Part shown: piece by piece, positions 14,721 to 27,999 of the stretch | How positions within the stretch are numbered: the first letter of the stretch is position 1 | How the letters are laid out: every line of letters starts with the position of its first letter | NCBI RefSeq assembly: GCF_009914755.1 | Contig: NC_060946.1 | Strand: one strand, 5' to 3' | DNA from: the human T2T-CHM13v2.0 reference genome, Homo sapiens | Length of the DNA stretch: 64,000 nt | The notes under the pieces: generated by a model | What the model was told of the DNA's origin: nothing | The model's input: only the letters and a program-made list of their open reading frames with translations | Database searches by the model: none | Translations under genes and position numbers: made by a program

Positions 14721-16554
14721 ATGGATTTAATAAAGCTTTTAAGATGAAAAACCAAATAGTGTATACACAATATTAGAACACAATTTTCACTTCTAAGTAA
14801 AACAACAATTTGACAGTAATTGCAATAATGGTGGCAGTTTAACATTTTTCTTCAGTTTGGACTTATAGAGTACTAGAGATAACAGAGTAACTGATGTTAG
14901 CCCAGAAATGCTCGGGTATGTTACAAAACTATGAGAAATGGCTTTATTTCTAAAATATAAATGCTAGAAAAATCTAGTATGGACTATTGTAGATAACCTC
15001 AGATCAATGTATGTTTCTATGAAAAAATGTGTTGCATGTTCAATGGATGAAGCATTAAATATGAAAAGACAGCTCAATGGTTTGTATTTTTTTTAAAAAG
15101 AATTGGCTAGCCACATTTATGTATGATGTTTAGAATCCACTAAGAACAGCTATAATGGAAATGTCAGTTGAAACTACTTCACTATTTGCCTTTAAAAGTG
15201 TTGTGCTGCATTTTAAAGACACTTAGATATTTGGCATTAAAAACTATGGTGACATGGTCACATGATTTCTCTCAGAGGAAATTGCAAGGAGAGGAGGAAA
15301 AGGACAAAAGGAGACACTGGCAGTAGAGGCAGAAAGTCAGTTTTCAGCTCCAACCCTCTGCTCCTGCGATATTCCTCTAATCACAACAAGTCAACTGTCT
15401 ATGCATTTATCAGGAAAATGTCTTCCCACAATTCTTATATTTTCAGTTGATGCTGTGCTCTCTTGGATGAACACTTCAGAGAAAAGACGGGAACAGATGT
15501 GAAAGATGTAATAATTTATTAGGAACTAGTGGAGCTTGTGCTTTGTTCAGGGCAATCACATGTCCTAAAGCATAATATCACAGGACATAAACATGCCTCT
15601 AAACAATTCACTTTTTATGAAGCAGAAGTGGAAGAAGTAGAAAACCAGTAGCAGTTGTAATTTTGTACTATAACATTTTGCATTAAAGGGGACACATTTT
15701 GAACTAACTCCAAGATACTACTATATCCATTCTATTTAGCTAATGGAATAGGAGTCTATTTTAACCATCTAGAAAAGAATGGGATTAAAAGTCTTTCTAT
15801 TACATATGTTTATAAATGCATGATACTAGAGAGGAACCTTAACAGGCCAGACATCTGGGGAAAAAAACAATTCCATATTTTTGTGACAAGAACTACAGTT
15901 ATTATTATAGTACTAAGTCTTCAACCTAGCCTTCTATTGTTCTTTTGAAAGACAAAAAATAGAACTCATTTTTAACATGATAGATTCAGAAAATAAAAGG
16001 TGAAATGATCAAAACCCCTAGCCAAATGCGCAAACTTTGCAAAACAAAACAAACAACAGCAATAAAACCTTTCGCTAGAAAAACAGCATCACCAAAATTA
16101 ATCTGCTCCTTGTGTAACTTGTTTGGCATGATTTGGCACCCAGTAAATCTGTACCTAAAGAATGATAGGCCAGTGATTCCTGGACTCAGTACCAATTCAG
16201 CTCTAGACTAATGGGTCACTGTCAGGCCAAGCCAGAGGGCTGCCCTTGTCCTTTCATGTAACACTGGTTGTAATTCCAGAATAAAATAGCACAGTAAGAT
16301 ATGCACCATCACCTACTCCTACTTTCTCTTCTCACCCTCAGTCCTTAAAAGGAGACTGTCACCACATTTATTGTACAAGATCATAATAAGACTCCAATTT
16401 TCTCATACTTCCTCTAGGAAATCCTCCTACTCTGCTTGTGCCTCTGTCCCACTGCCTGGCCCACTCAGGATGAAGGAGGTAAAAACCTGTAACTTTCTTC
16501 CTAGCCTTAGGTGTATCACCCTAATTTAGGCTCTCTTGATTCCTCCCAAGGGCA

Positions 16555-16990
16555 ATTCAGCTCATTCAACAAAGTTATAGAGCGCCTACTATGTACAAAA
16601 CAGTATTCTAGGTTCTGGGTATATAACATAGAACTAAATACATAAAAAAGTCTGTCATCATAGAACATTCTAGTAGGAGAAAACAGACAATGAAAAAATT
16701 AAGTAAAGTAATGATATAGTTAGTACAGTAGAAGGCTGAAACCTGTGCAGGAATCGGGAAAATATCAGCAACAGGGTGATCCCTGGAGGCCTCAATGAGA
16801 AAGCCCAAGCATGGTGGAAGTCGCAGGAGAGGAGGTTAGAAAGAGAAAAGGAGCTCAAGCTCCGAAAGGTCTTGTAAGGCCACTCAAAGGATCTTGGCTT
16901 TTATTCTATGTGAGATGAGAAGCTACTCTGATAGTTTTGAGCAGCAAAGAGGCGTACTCTGTCTGACTTACTATTTTAACTGATCCTTCT
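16555..16990 (-). mobile_element. L2 fragment
   Basis: 'ctcattcaacaaa...gagcgcctactatgtac...tattctaggttctggg...cttggcttttattctatgtgagatgagaagc'. Confidence 0.7.
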
Positions 16991-17132
16991 GATAGATGTT
17001 AATAGGTGTTCCACATAAAAAGAATTCAAATAAATTTGAATAACCCTCTCTACCGAATGCCTCCCTTTATGATTAACAAAATGCCTTAGCACATTTGAAG
17101 CTCTCAGAGGTCCTGCAGAAAGAAGTCAATGC

Positions 17133-17240
17133 TTATTTATTTATTTTTGTGACTGGGTCTCGCTATATTGCTGAGGTTGGTCTTGAACTCCTGTGCTCAA
17201 GCAATCTTCCCACTTCAGCCTCTCAAGTAGCTAGGATATC
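17133..17240 (-). mobile_element. FLAM/Alu monomer fragment
   Basis: 'ggtcttgaactcctgtgctcaagcaatcttcccacttcagcctctcaagtagct'. Confidence 0.8.
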
Positions 17241-19472
17241 ATACATCTAGTCCCATAGAATCATCTCACTATTGGAACACCTTTTAACATCTCACAGAAC
17301 ATAGTTCAGATCTAAGGCCAGGAAACACTGGCCTAGATGACTTGAGATCTAATATTCTAAGACTCTGTATCAGAAACATTTAATAGAAGACTCCTAACTA
17401 AACTGACATTATACAGGGCCAACAAAGTTTGTTATGAAAAATAGATAACTTCAGGCTTTAAATGTCTATCCTTTCTCTTTCTCTCTCTCACTCTCCCTCT
17501 CTCTGTCTCTCCAGTGACATAATAACAAAGAGAAGGAGAAGGGAATCAGGAATACCTGGAAGCAAAGTTGGGCTAAAATTCCCTCAACAGACAGTGATAC
17601 TAGGCAAAATAAAAGTTAAGGTCATCAGTTCAAGCAGAGACACCTTGGTGTCTCATTTGTCACATAAGAGTAGTTCAACAGCTTTAACTGTTACAACTAA
17701 CACAACCCTACAGCCATTTATAACCGACACAATGTTTATTCATCTCAGCTACTGACTTTATAAATTAGGCTTTATGCAAGCAATAGTTCGGAGTTGCTAA
17801 TCTAGAAAAATAGTTTTCCATATGGCGGTATGGCTTCATTAAAGTTACATCTTTTAAAGCAATATATTCATCATCCAATTTGTTTCTTTGATCTTCTCTT
17901 ATTTACATCAAAGTATCTCAAGTAAGTTTCCTATGTCCATAATATTTCTTAGTCACTGAAGCTTAATATAAACTAACAGCCGATTTCTATAGCTTCCCCT
18001 GTGATACAATCAACTATGAGATTTCTGTCTTAAAATGAAAAAATATGAATAAAATAAAATCAGTGCTAATGAAGAGACTAAACTGACAGATCTAGGAGTA
18101 GGATTGCTATTTGTTGAGTTCCCCAAGGAGCTGTGACTGACTCTCTCATTTATTACATACATAAAGAGGGCAAATGTGTCATCCCACAAGGCCCAAGTAG
18201 AAATGGAGAACTAGGGCTTTCCTTATGGGGAGAGGATGGTTCCTACGATGAGAATGACTACCAGAAGCCAGACCTTTATGAGACTACCAGAGGTCCAATG
18301 TGGTTGACAGAGAAGCACACCAAGAACAGAGTGGAAGCGAAGCTACAGAGCCCAACAAACGGGTGAGAGGCATGGGTGGGTCATGAATTAAAACTAGCAA
18401 AGACCAACAAGAGGAGACCAAGCAAGCCAAGAAGGCAGTCTGGAAGAATTCTAGAATCAGACTTGAAAAGTCCAAAGTGGTTTTTAAGAAAGCCCTAAAA
18501 TTGGCTTTCATGGTGAAGCTTTATGTGAGGTGTTGATTGAGATGAATAAGAGACAAATGACAGTTTTTGCCATCAAAAGATCAATAATAATAATGACTAG
18601 CATCTATTACATCTTTACTATATACTATACATGATGTAAATGTGTTACATTCATTTAATCTCTTTAACAGGCCTCTGAAATATGTTTTAATCCTCACTTT
18701 ACAGAGGAGTAAACAAAGGTTTAGAGAGATTGAGCAACTCAACTTTTTAAAAACAGTAAAACTCTATTGCATTTCTGATTCACATATTATAATACATTAC
18801 ATACAACAGCCCAAAATAAACATCTCATGCCAGTGACACAAAAAGGAATAGCAGGCAAAAAAAATTCAGCAATAAGTACATTATTGCTTTCTTTAATTAT
18901 AAACATTCAATCCTGAATGAAGACAATTTACTACATACTGATGCAGTTTTCTTTTCATTTCATATAATCATCCTACTCTCCTATACCTACACTATTCAGT
19001 ACATTCCTGAGTTAATTCTTACATATGTGTGGAGCAAAATGATAATAATAGTATAGTATTGTGCATTTTTAATGGGGTGATATTGATAGATCAGTCCTTA
19101 GAGTCTGTATGGCAAGGGATCACATTGATGAAGCATTTAGGGAAGGCTGACCAGAGAGGATAAGCTTGATCTAAGTTTTGATCTCAGAACAAAAGGAGTA
19201 GGGGGTTAGTCAGGATAGAGGATAGGATCCACAAACAGAGTAGTAGTAAATGATAGTGGAAAGGCAATTAGGAGCTGGATCACAGAGGGCCATGGCTAAA
19301 AAGTTTAGACTGATTCGTGGGTTATGGTGACTTGTTGGTAGATTTGATACAGGAGGATGCTGTGTTTAGATCTGCACTTTGAAATTCTACTCTAAGATCT
19401 TAGGGAGAATGGGTGAAAAACGGGGAGTGGGGAGGCAGAAAGACCAATTCAGAGGTTATTGCTTTGGCCATG

Positions 19473-19836
19473 TGATATGGTTTGGCTGTGTCGCCAGCCA
19501 AATCTCATCTTGAATTATAGCTCCCATAATCCCCATATGTCATGGGAGAAAGCTGGTGAGAGGTAACTGAATCATGAGGGCAGATTTTTCCCATGCTGCT
19601 GTCATGAGAGTGAATACATCTCACAAGATCTGATGGTTTTATAAAGGGGAGTTCCCCTGCACATACTCTCTTGCCTGCTGCCATGTAAGACATGCCCTTG
19701 CTCCTCCTTCACCTTCCACTATGAGTGAGAGGCCTCCCCAGCCATGTGGAACTGTGAGTCCATTAAACCTCCTTTTCTTTATAAATTACCCATTCTCGAG
19801 TATTTCTTCATAGCAGTATGAAAATGGACTAATACA
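19473..19836 (+). mobile_element. THE1 (C-like) MaLR solo LTR with perfect 5-bp TSD CCATG
   Basis: Termini TGATATGGTTTGGCTGTGTC...GACTAATACA; CCATG at 19468-19472 and 19837-19841; TATA-like ttttataaa and ATTAAA retained. Confidence 0.93.
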
Positions 19837-19989
19837 CCATGCCTCTTCCATCATGTGGGAAGCAACACAGAACATAAATTAAAATGTTTAAATGTGTTCA
19901 GGAGAAGATGATGAGGGTGTCCATTACAGGCTCTGGGAAGGAGAAGAAAGGATATTTGGAAGAGAGAGATACATAGATATTTCATACAT

Positions 19990-20066
19990 ATGATATATAG
20001 ATATAAATATATGCACATGTATGTGTGTGTACACGCACACACGCATGCACGTGTGGGCGCGTGTGC
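19990..20066. repeat. Mixed (TA)/(TG)/(CA)/(CG) alternating purine-pyrimidine tract
   Basis: 'atatatgcacatgtatgtgtgtgtacacgcacacacgcatgcacgtgtgggcgcgtgtgc'. Confidence 0.8.
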
Positions 20067-21329
20067 TTAAATGAGGTCTGAAGACTGCCTTGGTTGTGGA
20101 GAATGTTAAAAACTGCCAGGTTTCTGCATGGAGCATCAAGGGAGTCAGAATGACCACATGGGAGGGAAAAGAGATGAAGAACACGGGTTTAGACCTGCTG
20201 AATTGAAAGTACCTGTGATATACACTGAAGACTGCGATATGAGTGTAAAGTTTAAAAGCAAGATCCAGGTTGAAGATATATCCCTAGAGACTTCCGAATG
20301 ATTCCTTATTTTCCCCCAGAGACAATAGTATCGAATATTAGGCTGAACTATATGAAACTACCAATATTCTATGTTTTCAACCTCTAAAAATGACAATTTC
20401 AATATGAGAATCTACTTTATACAAGAATTCCTTGAAAATAAGGCAATATGTAAATATATAAGTATTTCTAAAACAGAATCCACAACAGATACTTCACAAA
20501 TATCCTGGAAGAATAAAGAATAAATGACATACATTTATGAATCCTGTGCTCATTGTTTTTATGTGTTTTGTAAAATTATTACAAAAATTTGCATATTTTA
20601 CACAATTAATAGAACTATAAGACTGATGTACTGCTCGATTGTAATTTCAAGCAATTGTCTTTTGTGGGGTCACGCACACCATGTATCCATCCCACGATTT
20701 TCTGCCTATGTGAGGAACTAGTAATTACAGTTTTTCAAATGGTTTATCAGTGCTCATTAGTTCACTTACTCCCAACCAGTCTTTGTAGAGGGAGAAATGA
20801 GAAGAGGTAGGTACCAGACCACCAACGGAAATGTTTTCTCTAAGAAGGCACCTCAGTTTCCACATCTGCAAAGTAGAGGCAATATCACTTGTATCTGCGG
20901 CTGACTATAAGGATTAGAGGAGATATTGCACGTACCGCATGGGACACAAGAGAAGCTTAGTAAATGGGTGCTTTTGTTACTATGTCAGTGTTGCCAAATG
21001 ACCAGCAGCAACTATTCAAAAATCATCTCCTATGTCAGGTTGCTGATGATTGACTATACAAGCTTGTTTATACGCTTAAAATTCTTGGGACAAGAATTCA
21101 GTGAAAGCAATGTTGACACAAAGGCCAGCCATAGTAAATAAGACATATATTCAGAAAAACTATGTAGTAACCATTGAATCATAAAGATCTTAGAACAGAA
21201 AATGGCCTTTAGAAGTTATCTCATCATTATTCCTTCAACAACACCCAGATAGAGGTGAGGAAGCCTAAATATTTCAGGGATGGCAATACTTATTACAATT
21301 ATTTTAAAAGTTTCTGTTTTTTGCAGGGC

Positions 21330-21604
21330 ATGTAATCCCAGCACTTTGGAAGGCCAAGGAGGGCAGATCACTTGAGTCCAGGAGTTCAAGACCAGACTGG
21401 CTAACATGGCAAAACCCTGTCTCTACTAAAAATACAAAAATTAGCCGGGTTTAGTGGCGTGCACCTGTAATCCCAGTTACTCAGGAAGTTGAGGTAGGAG
21501 AATCACATGAACCTGGGAGGCGGAGGTTGCAGTGAGCCAAGATCACACCACTACACTCCAGCTTGGGCAACAGAGCGAGACTCTGTCTCAAAAAAAAAAA
21601 AAAA
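21330..21604 (+). mobile_element. AluS, slightly 5'-truncated
   Basis: Starts at 'tgtaatcccagcactttg'; degenerate long TSD aaaagtt(t/c)ctgtttt..g...gggc on both sides. Confidence 0.93.
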
Positions 21605-21820
21605 GTTCCTGTTTTTGTGGGGCTTAAATTAAAAAATATGTATGAAAAAGTTAGCTAAGCTGATTCTAGTCACTCTTAGTCCCGTTTTCCCTTCTGACAA
21701 CATGGACAGCAAGTTTATTACTTTCTCAAAAGGAATCACAGGAATACAAATTAAGGTATCTTCAACCTGCGTGTATCATTTTCAGTCATGCTCATTTATC
21801 AGATAATTAAGCCACCACAC

Positions 21821-22252
21821 TGAGGTATAATGATTGCACTGATAACCCCAAATCTTCACTCCTTCCAATAGGGATGTGGGTTGACTCTGGGTTCAGCCTC
21901 GTTCCCTTGCCTAGACAAATAGATGTTAGCAAATGTGATGCTAGCATAAGATTGACAAGCACTTGCTCCTTGTTTTCATCATAATAGTGTGACCAAGGTG
22001 ATCTGTTTCAGGATGACAGCCTGGTGGGCACTTGTCCCAGGGAGGTCTCAGATATGCAAGACAGGCTGAGCATAATCAGGGAAATTGCCAAGCCACTGAC
22101 TTCAGCTGACTACAGACAAGTAAGTAAGCCCCATGGAACCCAGCTCAGATCAAAGATGTATAAGCAAAAATAAATGTGTATGGCTTTATGCTACCCATAT
22201 TTTGTGGTTATTTTGTCACAGAGCATTATTATAGCAATATAAAACTGATACA
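21821..22252 (+). mobile_element. MLT1 (G/H-like) MaLR LTR
   Basis: 'aatagatgttagcaaatgtgatg...aataaatg...ttttgtggttattttgtcacagagcattattatagcaatataaaactgataca'. Confidence 0.6.
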
Positions 22253-25200
22253 ATGACCATTAAGCATCTGAAAATTGTCTACTTACTAAACCTATAAAAA
22301 CCCAGACTTCACCAGAATGACTACATGATGGCATCTCAATGACAACGTGAGTTATATGCACAAAAACCACTGTTCTCCAGGTGTTTATAAACAGTCTGAT
22401 TTTAATACAGAGTTAAATATGGAAGCTTTCTAATTATACCACTTTTAAACTCAAAATTAGAAGGCATCAACAATATTGAATTGCTAGGATTATATTCACT
22501 TGAGAAAACTGAGTAACAGTTGATCTCTAGGTGCATGTGGGGGACTAGTAGTGTATTGTACTACACACTGGGCCAAGTGACCTACAATATGTTTCCTATG
22601 ACCAATTTCTGTGATTTCTTACTCTATATCTTGAAAGAAGCTAGTTACCTAACTACACAGAAATACTGGTTTCTAGTGAGAAGAAAGAACAGTTGGATTT
22701 CTATTCCTATTTCCTGGCAAGGTTTCTCCAGTAGGTTTCTCAAGAGTCTAATCTTGGCATATCAATGTGGAAGAAAGTTTATAAGCTGGTAAATCTATTC
22801 CTTTTAATAGTCACTCAGGACACTAAGACAGCTAGGTGCCAGGGCAAATCACTCTGTAGAAAATGGGAACAAGACAAGCCTAGTATCTGTTTCTGGAATT
22901 TGGTGGGAGAAGGACCAAAGTCACTGCCGTCTTTTGATCCTTTACCTATGTCAATTCTTTTGTAAACAAGAGAAATAAAATGTAACAAAAAGTAAATATG
23001 GATGTCTGACAGTCATAATACTGAATATGCTAACATGTATAAAATATTTTTTAGTTCTTCAGAGGAAGATCATCATATAAATTAAACCTAGTACTATTAA
23101 TCCTATTATCCAATCAACACACATGAATTAAACCTGCAGTACCTAATCAGAAGTAAGCACTCCCTAGATATATTAAAGCCAATAATATCAATTAGAACAT
23201 TTCTAAATCCAAATTTCTTTGCTCAAGTGTTCAGTAATTATTTTTGTAGTCTCTCTAAAATGATTCATATGTCACATTCCAATGTAATAGGACAGGACAG
23301 GGATCAAGTCTTTCGGGACTACGACTGGTCAGCTGCACTGAAATCCTTTTACTGACATTTTCAAAGTTTAATATCAGGTATTTTACCTTATTTAAACCTA
23401 AAGGGTATGTCAACGCCTAGTGTGCCATCAAGAACAGGCTCTTTATTGTCCTATTAGGGTGGAGATGCATACTCTGTAAAGAGATTAAAAGCAAATGGAG
23501 GATATGAACCAGATTAATGGTCTGGTCCCTGCAGCCTTACTGGAGAGTTTACTTAAAATGAAAGCTTTGGATGCTCATCCAACTTTTTCGATTTAACTAA
23601 GGTTTCTACTTGAATGGCTCTCATAACAGCATTAGTACTGAAATCCTCTAGCTCATTCTTTCCAAGGCTTCTAGAAAGAAGAATATTGCAGAGAAATGTG
23701 ATCCAAAGTACCGCCTGCAGTGGGCACAGGAAAGGAGTGCTACAAGTTCAACAGCAGAGACAGTGTGGGGTGTGTGCCAACAAATGTCCTTTTAAAAGAC
23801 TGATTCATGAGGTTAGGTAAAAATCTTTTCATCTAGGTCACTGAAAAACATCCTTGAAGGCAGACTGACTTCGAGACTCATCTATGTTAATGATATATGT
23901 AGGAACAAAAGCCAATTGCCACAGTAATGCATACTTAGTAGTAAGAACCATTGAACCAGAGCAGGCTCTGTGACATACTAGTTTGAAAATATCTGATTCT
24001 AAAAGAGAATCAGTTTTCCTTTCAAGTGGTAATGAGAATTCCAGATCTTCTATAAGTATGCATTTAATGGGAAATGCAATGATCTTCACCATACCTTCAT
24101 GTCTAATTCCTACTTTTTTCCCCTTTGCAGATTACCAGAGAATTAGGTTTTTGGTTGTTGTTCCTCATCTAGACATCTAGTTTCTCAGATGTTAGCTCCT
24201 AGACACCCTTCACTTCATCATGGTCTTTTTGAGAAATGCAGAAATATTTCCTCTTCAAAGTTATTTAATTTCTACTTCTATTTTGGTGAGAAAGAGTAAC
24301 GTTTACTATGACAATCTATTCTTTCTGATACATTTTCTATTACTTAAAAACTTTTTGCACTCACAATCATAAAGAAAGTACGCTATATCTTTAATAACAT
24401 GCCTAATACAGGTCTCAATGTGCTGGCCAGTGAATGTTTGAATACTGCCAACACCCAGCGGCCTTCTGGCAGCACTGGGCCTTCTAAAAGCTGTTCTCTG
24501 GCAATGGTCTTTCACGCAAGCACTAATTTTATTATACCTAGTTTATGATTTTCCCTCATTTCCCTGCTATTTTTAAACGTGGGGCTGTAACAGGAGGTGT
24601 CTAGAGGCCCAGGAGATGAAGGAACCATTACACACTGTTGGGTCTCTGTGGTATCAGTGGTCTTTGGAAGCTAAGGATTCAAATGCGATGTCAAAGGGTA
24701 TTTGAATACAGGGTCCCTCGGGAAGTGTGCCCAACGAGAAACATTGCTTTACTCTCTTTATTTTACTTTTAATTTCTGCTTTCAAGTTGTTGTGGTGTCT
24801 CAACACTCTTCCCAATTTTGTTCTTTAGAGTTATTTTTGTACATTGCCCACTCTAGCCAGACCTATTTAGCAACATTTAACAACACTGTCTTGGGAAATG
24901 AGTTTTTGACACCCAGCATGATGTACCAGTACTGACTTCTATAACACAATGTTAAAACAGCTCATAATGTGAATAAAACCCTGCATGAAAAAATATCAAT
25001 TTTACTTGATGTTATTCCACATGTAACCCTGGGCTGCAAGTTTTCAGAAAGACTGGCTAATCAGAAAAAAAGTTTGGAAAATTAGAGTAGTTTGCAAGGA
25101 TGGTTTATTGGGATGAAGAAAGACACTTATGAAACAGGAGAGGAGGGGAGCCATGTGCTTTTCTTAAATTAGGCTTACTGCTGATAACTGGGATAACCAA

Positions 25201-25401
25201 GTCTCACATAAGAAGGGGACAACTAGTGTTCTGGATCCAAATCCAACCCGTACCATCCCAATCAACCTCTATAGTGAGAAGAGTGAAGGGAAGAAAGAAG
25301 CACAAGATAGAACACAAGCAGCACAATGATAAAGATGAAAACACCCTCACTTTAAGTTGCAAGAAAACACATGCAAAACAATGGGGACCACTGGTAAGAA
25401 C

Positions 25402-25627
25402 TGTTGACAAAAAAGCCAAACTCTGTAAAATATTTGAAGAGACTTATCCTGAGCCTAATGTGAGGACCATGACCCATGACACAGCCCCAGGGGGTCCTGA
25501 CAACATGTGCCCAACGTGGCTGCATCACAGCTTGGTTGTATATGTTTTAAGGAGACATAAAACATCAATCAATGCACGTAAGGTATGTATTGATTCAATC
25601 CGGAAAAGCAGGACAATTCAAAGGGGG
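25402..25627. mobile_element. MER4-family (MER4A-like) ERV1 LTR fragment
   Basis: 'tgttgacaaaaaagccaaactctgtaaaatatttgaagagacttatcctgagcc...gacacagccccagggggtcctgacaacatgtgccc...ggagacataaaacatcaatcaat'. Confidence 0.8.
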
Positions 25628-26161
25628 AAAAAACAAAAGGCCGATGACAAAAAGAGACACATTGGGAAAGCATTTGAATCCTAAAACTGTATTTTTTAAA
25701 AAGAGCAAATATTGCAAATGTGACTATTCAGGGTTACATTCATGCTAAAAACAAAATAAAGAGAGATAGGAAAAGTTACAAGCACATAAAATGATGGCTC
25801 TAGCAATACTATTAAATAGTAGCAATCCCTAGATCAGACATTGCCTAACAAATGTGCTTTACCTGAAGAAGACTGAGAACCCAAAGCAACTCTAGACTTC
25901 TTTTTCAGATTGTCATAAATGCAGATTACAATCTGATATTAAAAAAAAAACCCACAAACTTTAAAGTAGCTTTAATATGTACAGAGGTCACTCAGCAATA
26001 TTTATTCCCCATTAATGTTCTTTTCTATTAATTTATTTCCATATGTGTTTCACTTTTCCTAACATAAAAACTAAAGGGCAAAGATAGGCAACCCAGTCAT
26101 ACATCCTTGTACAGTATGAGACACCAGGTAATCAAGCTGTGTTACCATAAAAGCCACTGTC

Positions 26162-26298
26162 AGCCAGAGCCAGTGGCACATGCCTATAGTCCCAGCTACT
26201 CAGGAGGCTAAGGTAGGAGGACTTCTTGGGCCCAGGAGTTTGAGACCAGCCTGGGCAACATAGCGAGACTCTTGCCTCAAAAAACAAACAAACAAAAC
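26162..26298 (+). mobile_element. FLAM-type Alu monomer with perfect TSD aaaagccactgtca
   Basis: Single monomer plus (A3-4C)n tail; TSD at 26149-26162 and 26299-26312. Confidence 0.88.
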
Positions 26299-26507
26299 AA
26301 AAGCCACTGTCAATGGCTCTTCTATGGGATCCATAAACCAGATCAAACTCTTAAGCCAGAGTCAGCTCCATTCATTCAATAGTGTATCCTCTGAATTTAC
26401 AAATACGTTTATCTCTTTTTTATAAAAGAAGCTATCAATTTGACTGATAAGATTACGACTATCCAAGCATTCTTAAGGTAAATTGCAAAAATCCAAGACA
26501 ATATTCT

Positions 26508-26645
26508 TTGTGGTTTTTTCAGTATTTTTTTTTTTTTTTAATAAAAGACAGGTCTCACTATACCACCCAGGCTGGTCTCAGGCAACTCTCAACACCTTAG
26601 CCTCCCAAGTAGCTGGGATTATAGGCATGCACCACTGCACCCAGC
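26508..26645 (-). mobile_element. FLAM/Alu monomer (internally deleted) with TSD caagacaatattc
   Basis: Poly(T), 'ccttagcctcccaagtagctgggattataggcatgcaccactgcacccagc' and a direct repeat on both flanks. Confidence 0.8.
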
Positions 26646-26862
26646 AAGACAATATTCCTTGGGTTAGACTGTATACTCTTTGACTGTGTGTTATTCCACA
26701 ATCGTATATACTGTACCTTTATTCTTCTCTGGCATGCTCATTAAGTTGAGCTGCTCTAGTTAATAAACACTTCTTTAGAGCACTATAGATGAACATAATC
26801 TGGCAGTATTCTTTATTAATTATCCTCTCTAGATTGGAAAAAAGAAAACCCTTTACATGTAG

Positions 26863-27520
<658 letters not shown>

Positions 27521-27999
27521 TATAGAGTCTAACAAAAGGGATTAAAAAACAAACCTTAGAGTCTTGAATGTACATGTATTGTCTAGCACAGATGGTGCTT
27601 CATAGATGTTCCCAAAATTTGATAATGTTAGCACAATTTCAAAATGTAAGCTCCATCAGAGCACTATTATCACTCAACCAAATCAAGGTTGAATTGATTT
27701 TATAGAATGCTGGTTAGACATGGTTTATGACCTTGGGAAGTGAGTAGAAGATACAAATAATACATTATCAGTGATGCAGTGTAAAAGCCAATGGACTACA
27801 AATTGGAAGCCCTGATATGAGAATAGTCATTAATTAGCTGTATGTCCTCAGGTAGGTATCTCTATCAGAGCCCTAGCTGTCTCAGCTATAAAATGAGGGC
27901 AAGGTGCTCTCTAAGATCCTTATCTGATCCAAAAGGTGTAATTCTAAACAAATAAATATCAGGAATCAAAATATTCATAAAAATCACATAAGAAAACTA

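Noticed and set aside
25226-25684. 152-aa plus-strand ORF
   Set aside because: It starts at a GTG, half of it lies in a MER4 LTR fragment, it is lysine-rich from A-rich DNA, and it has no recognisable domain.
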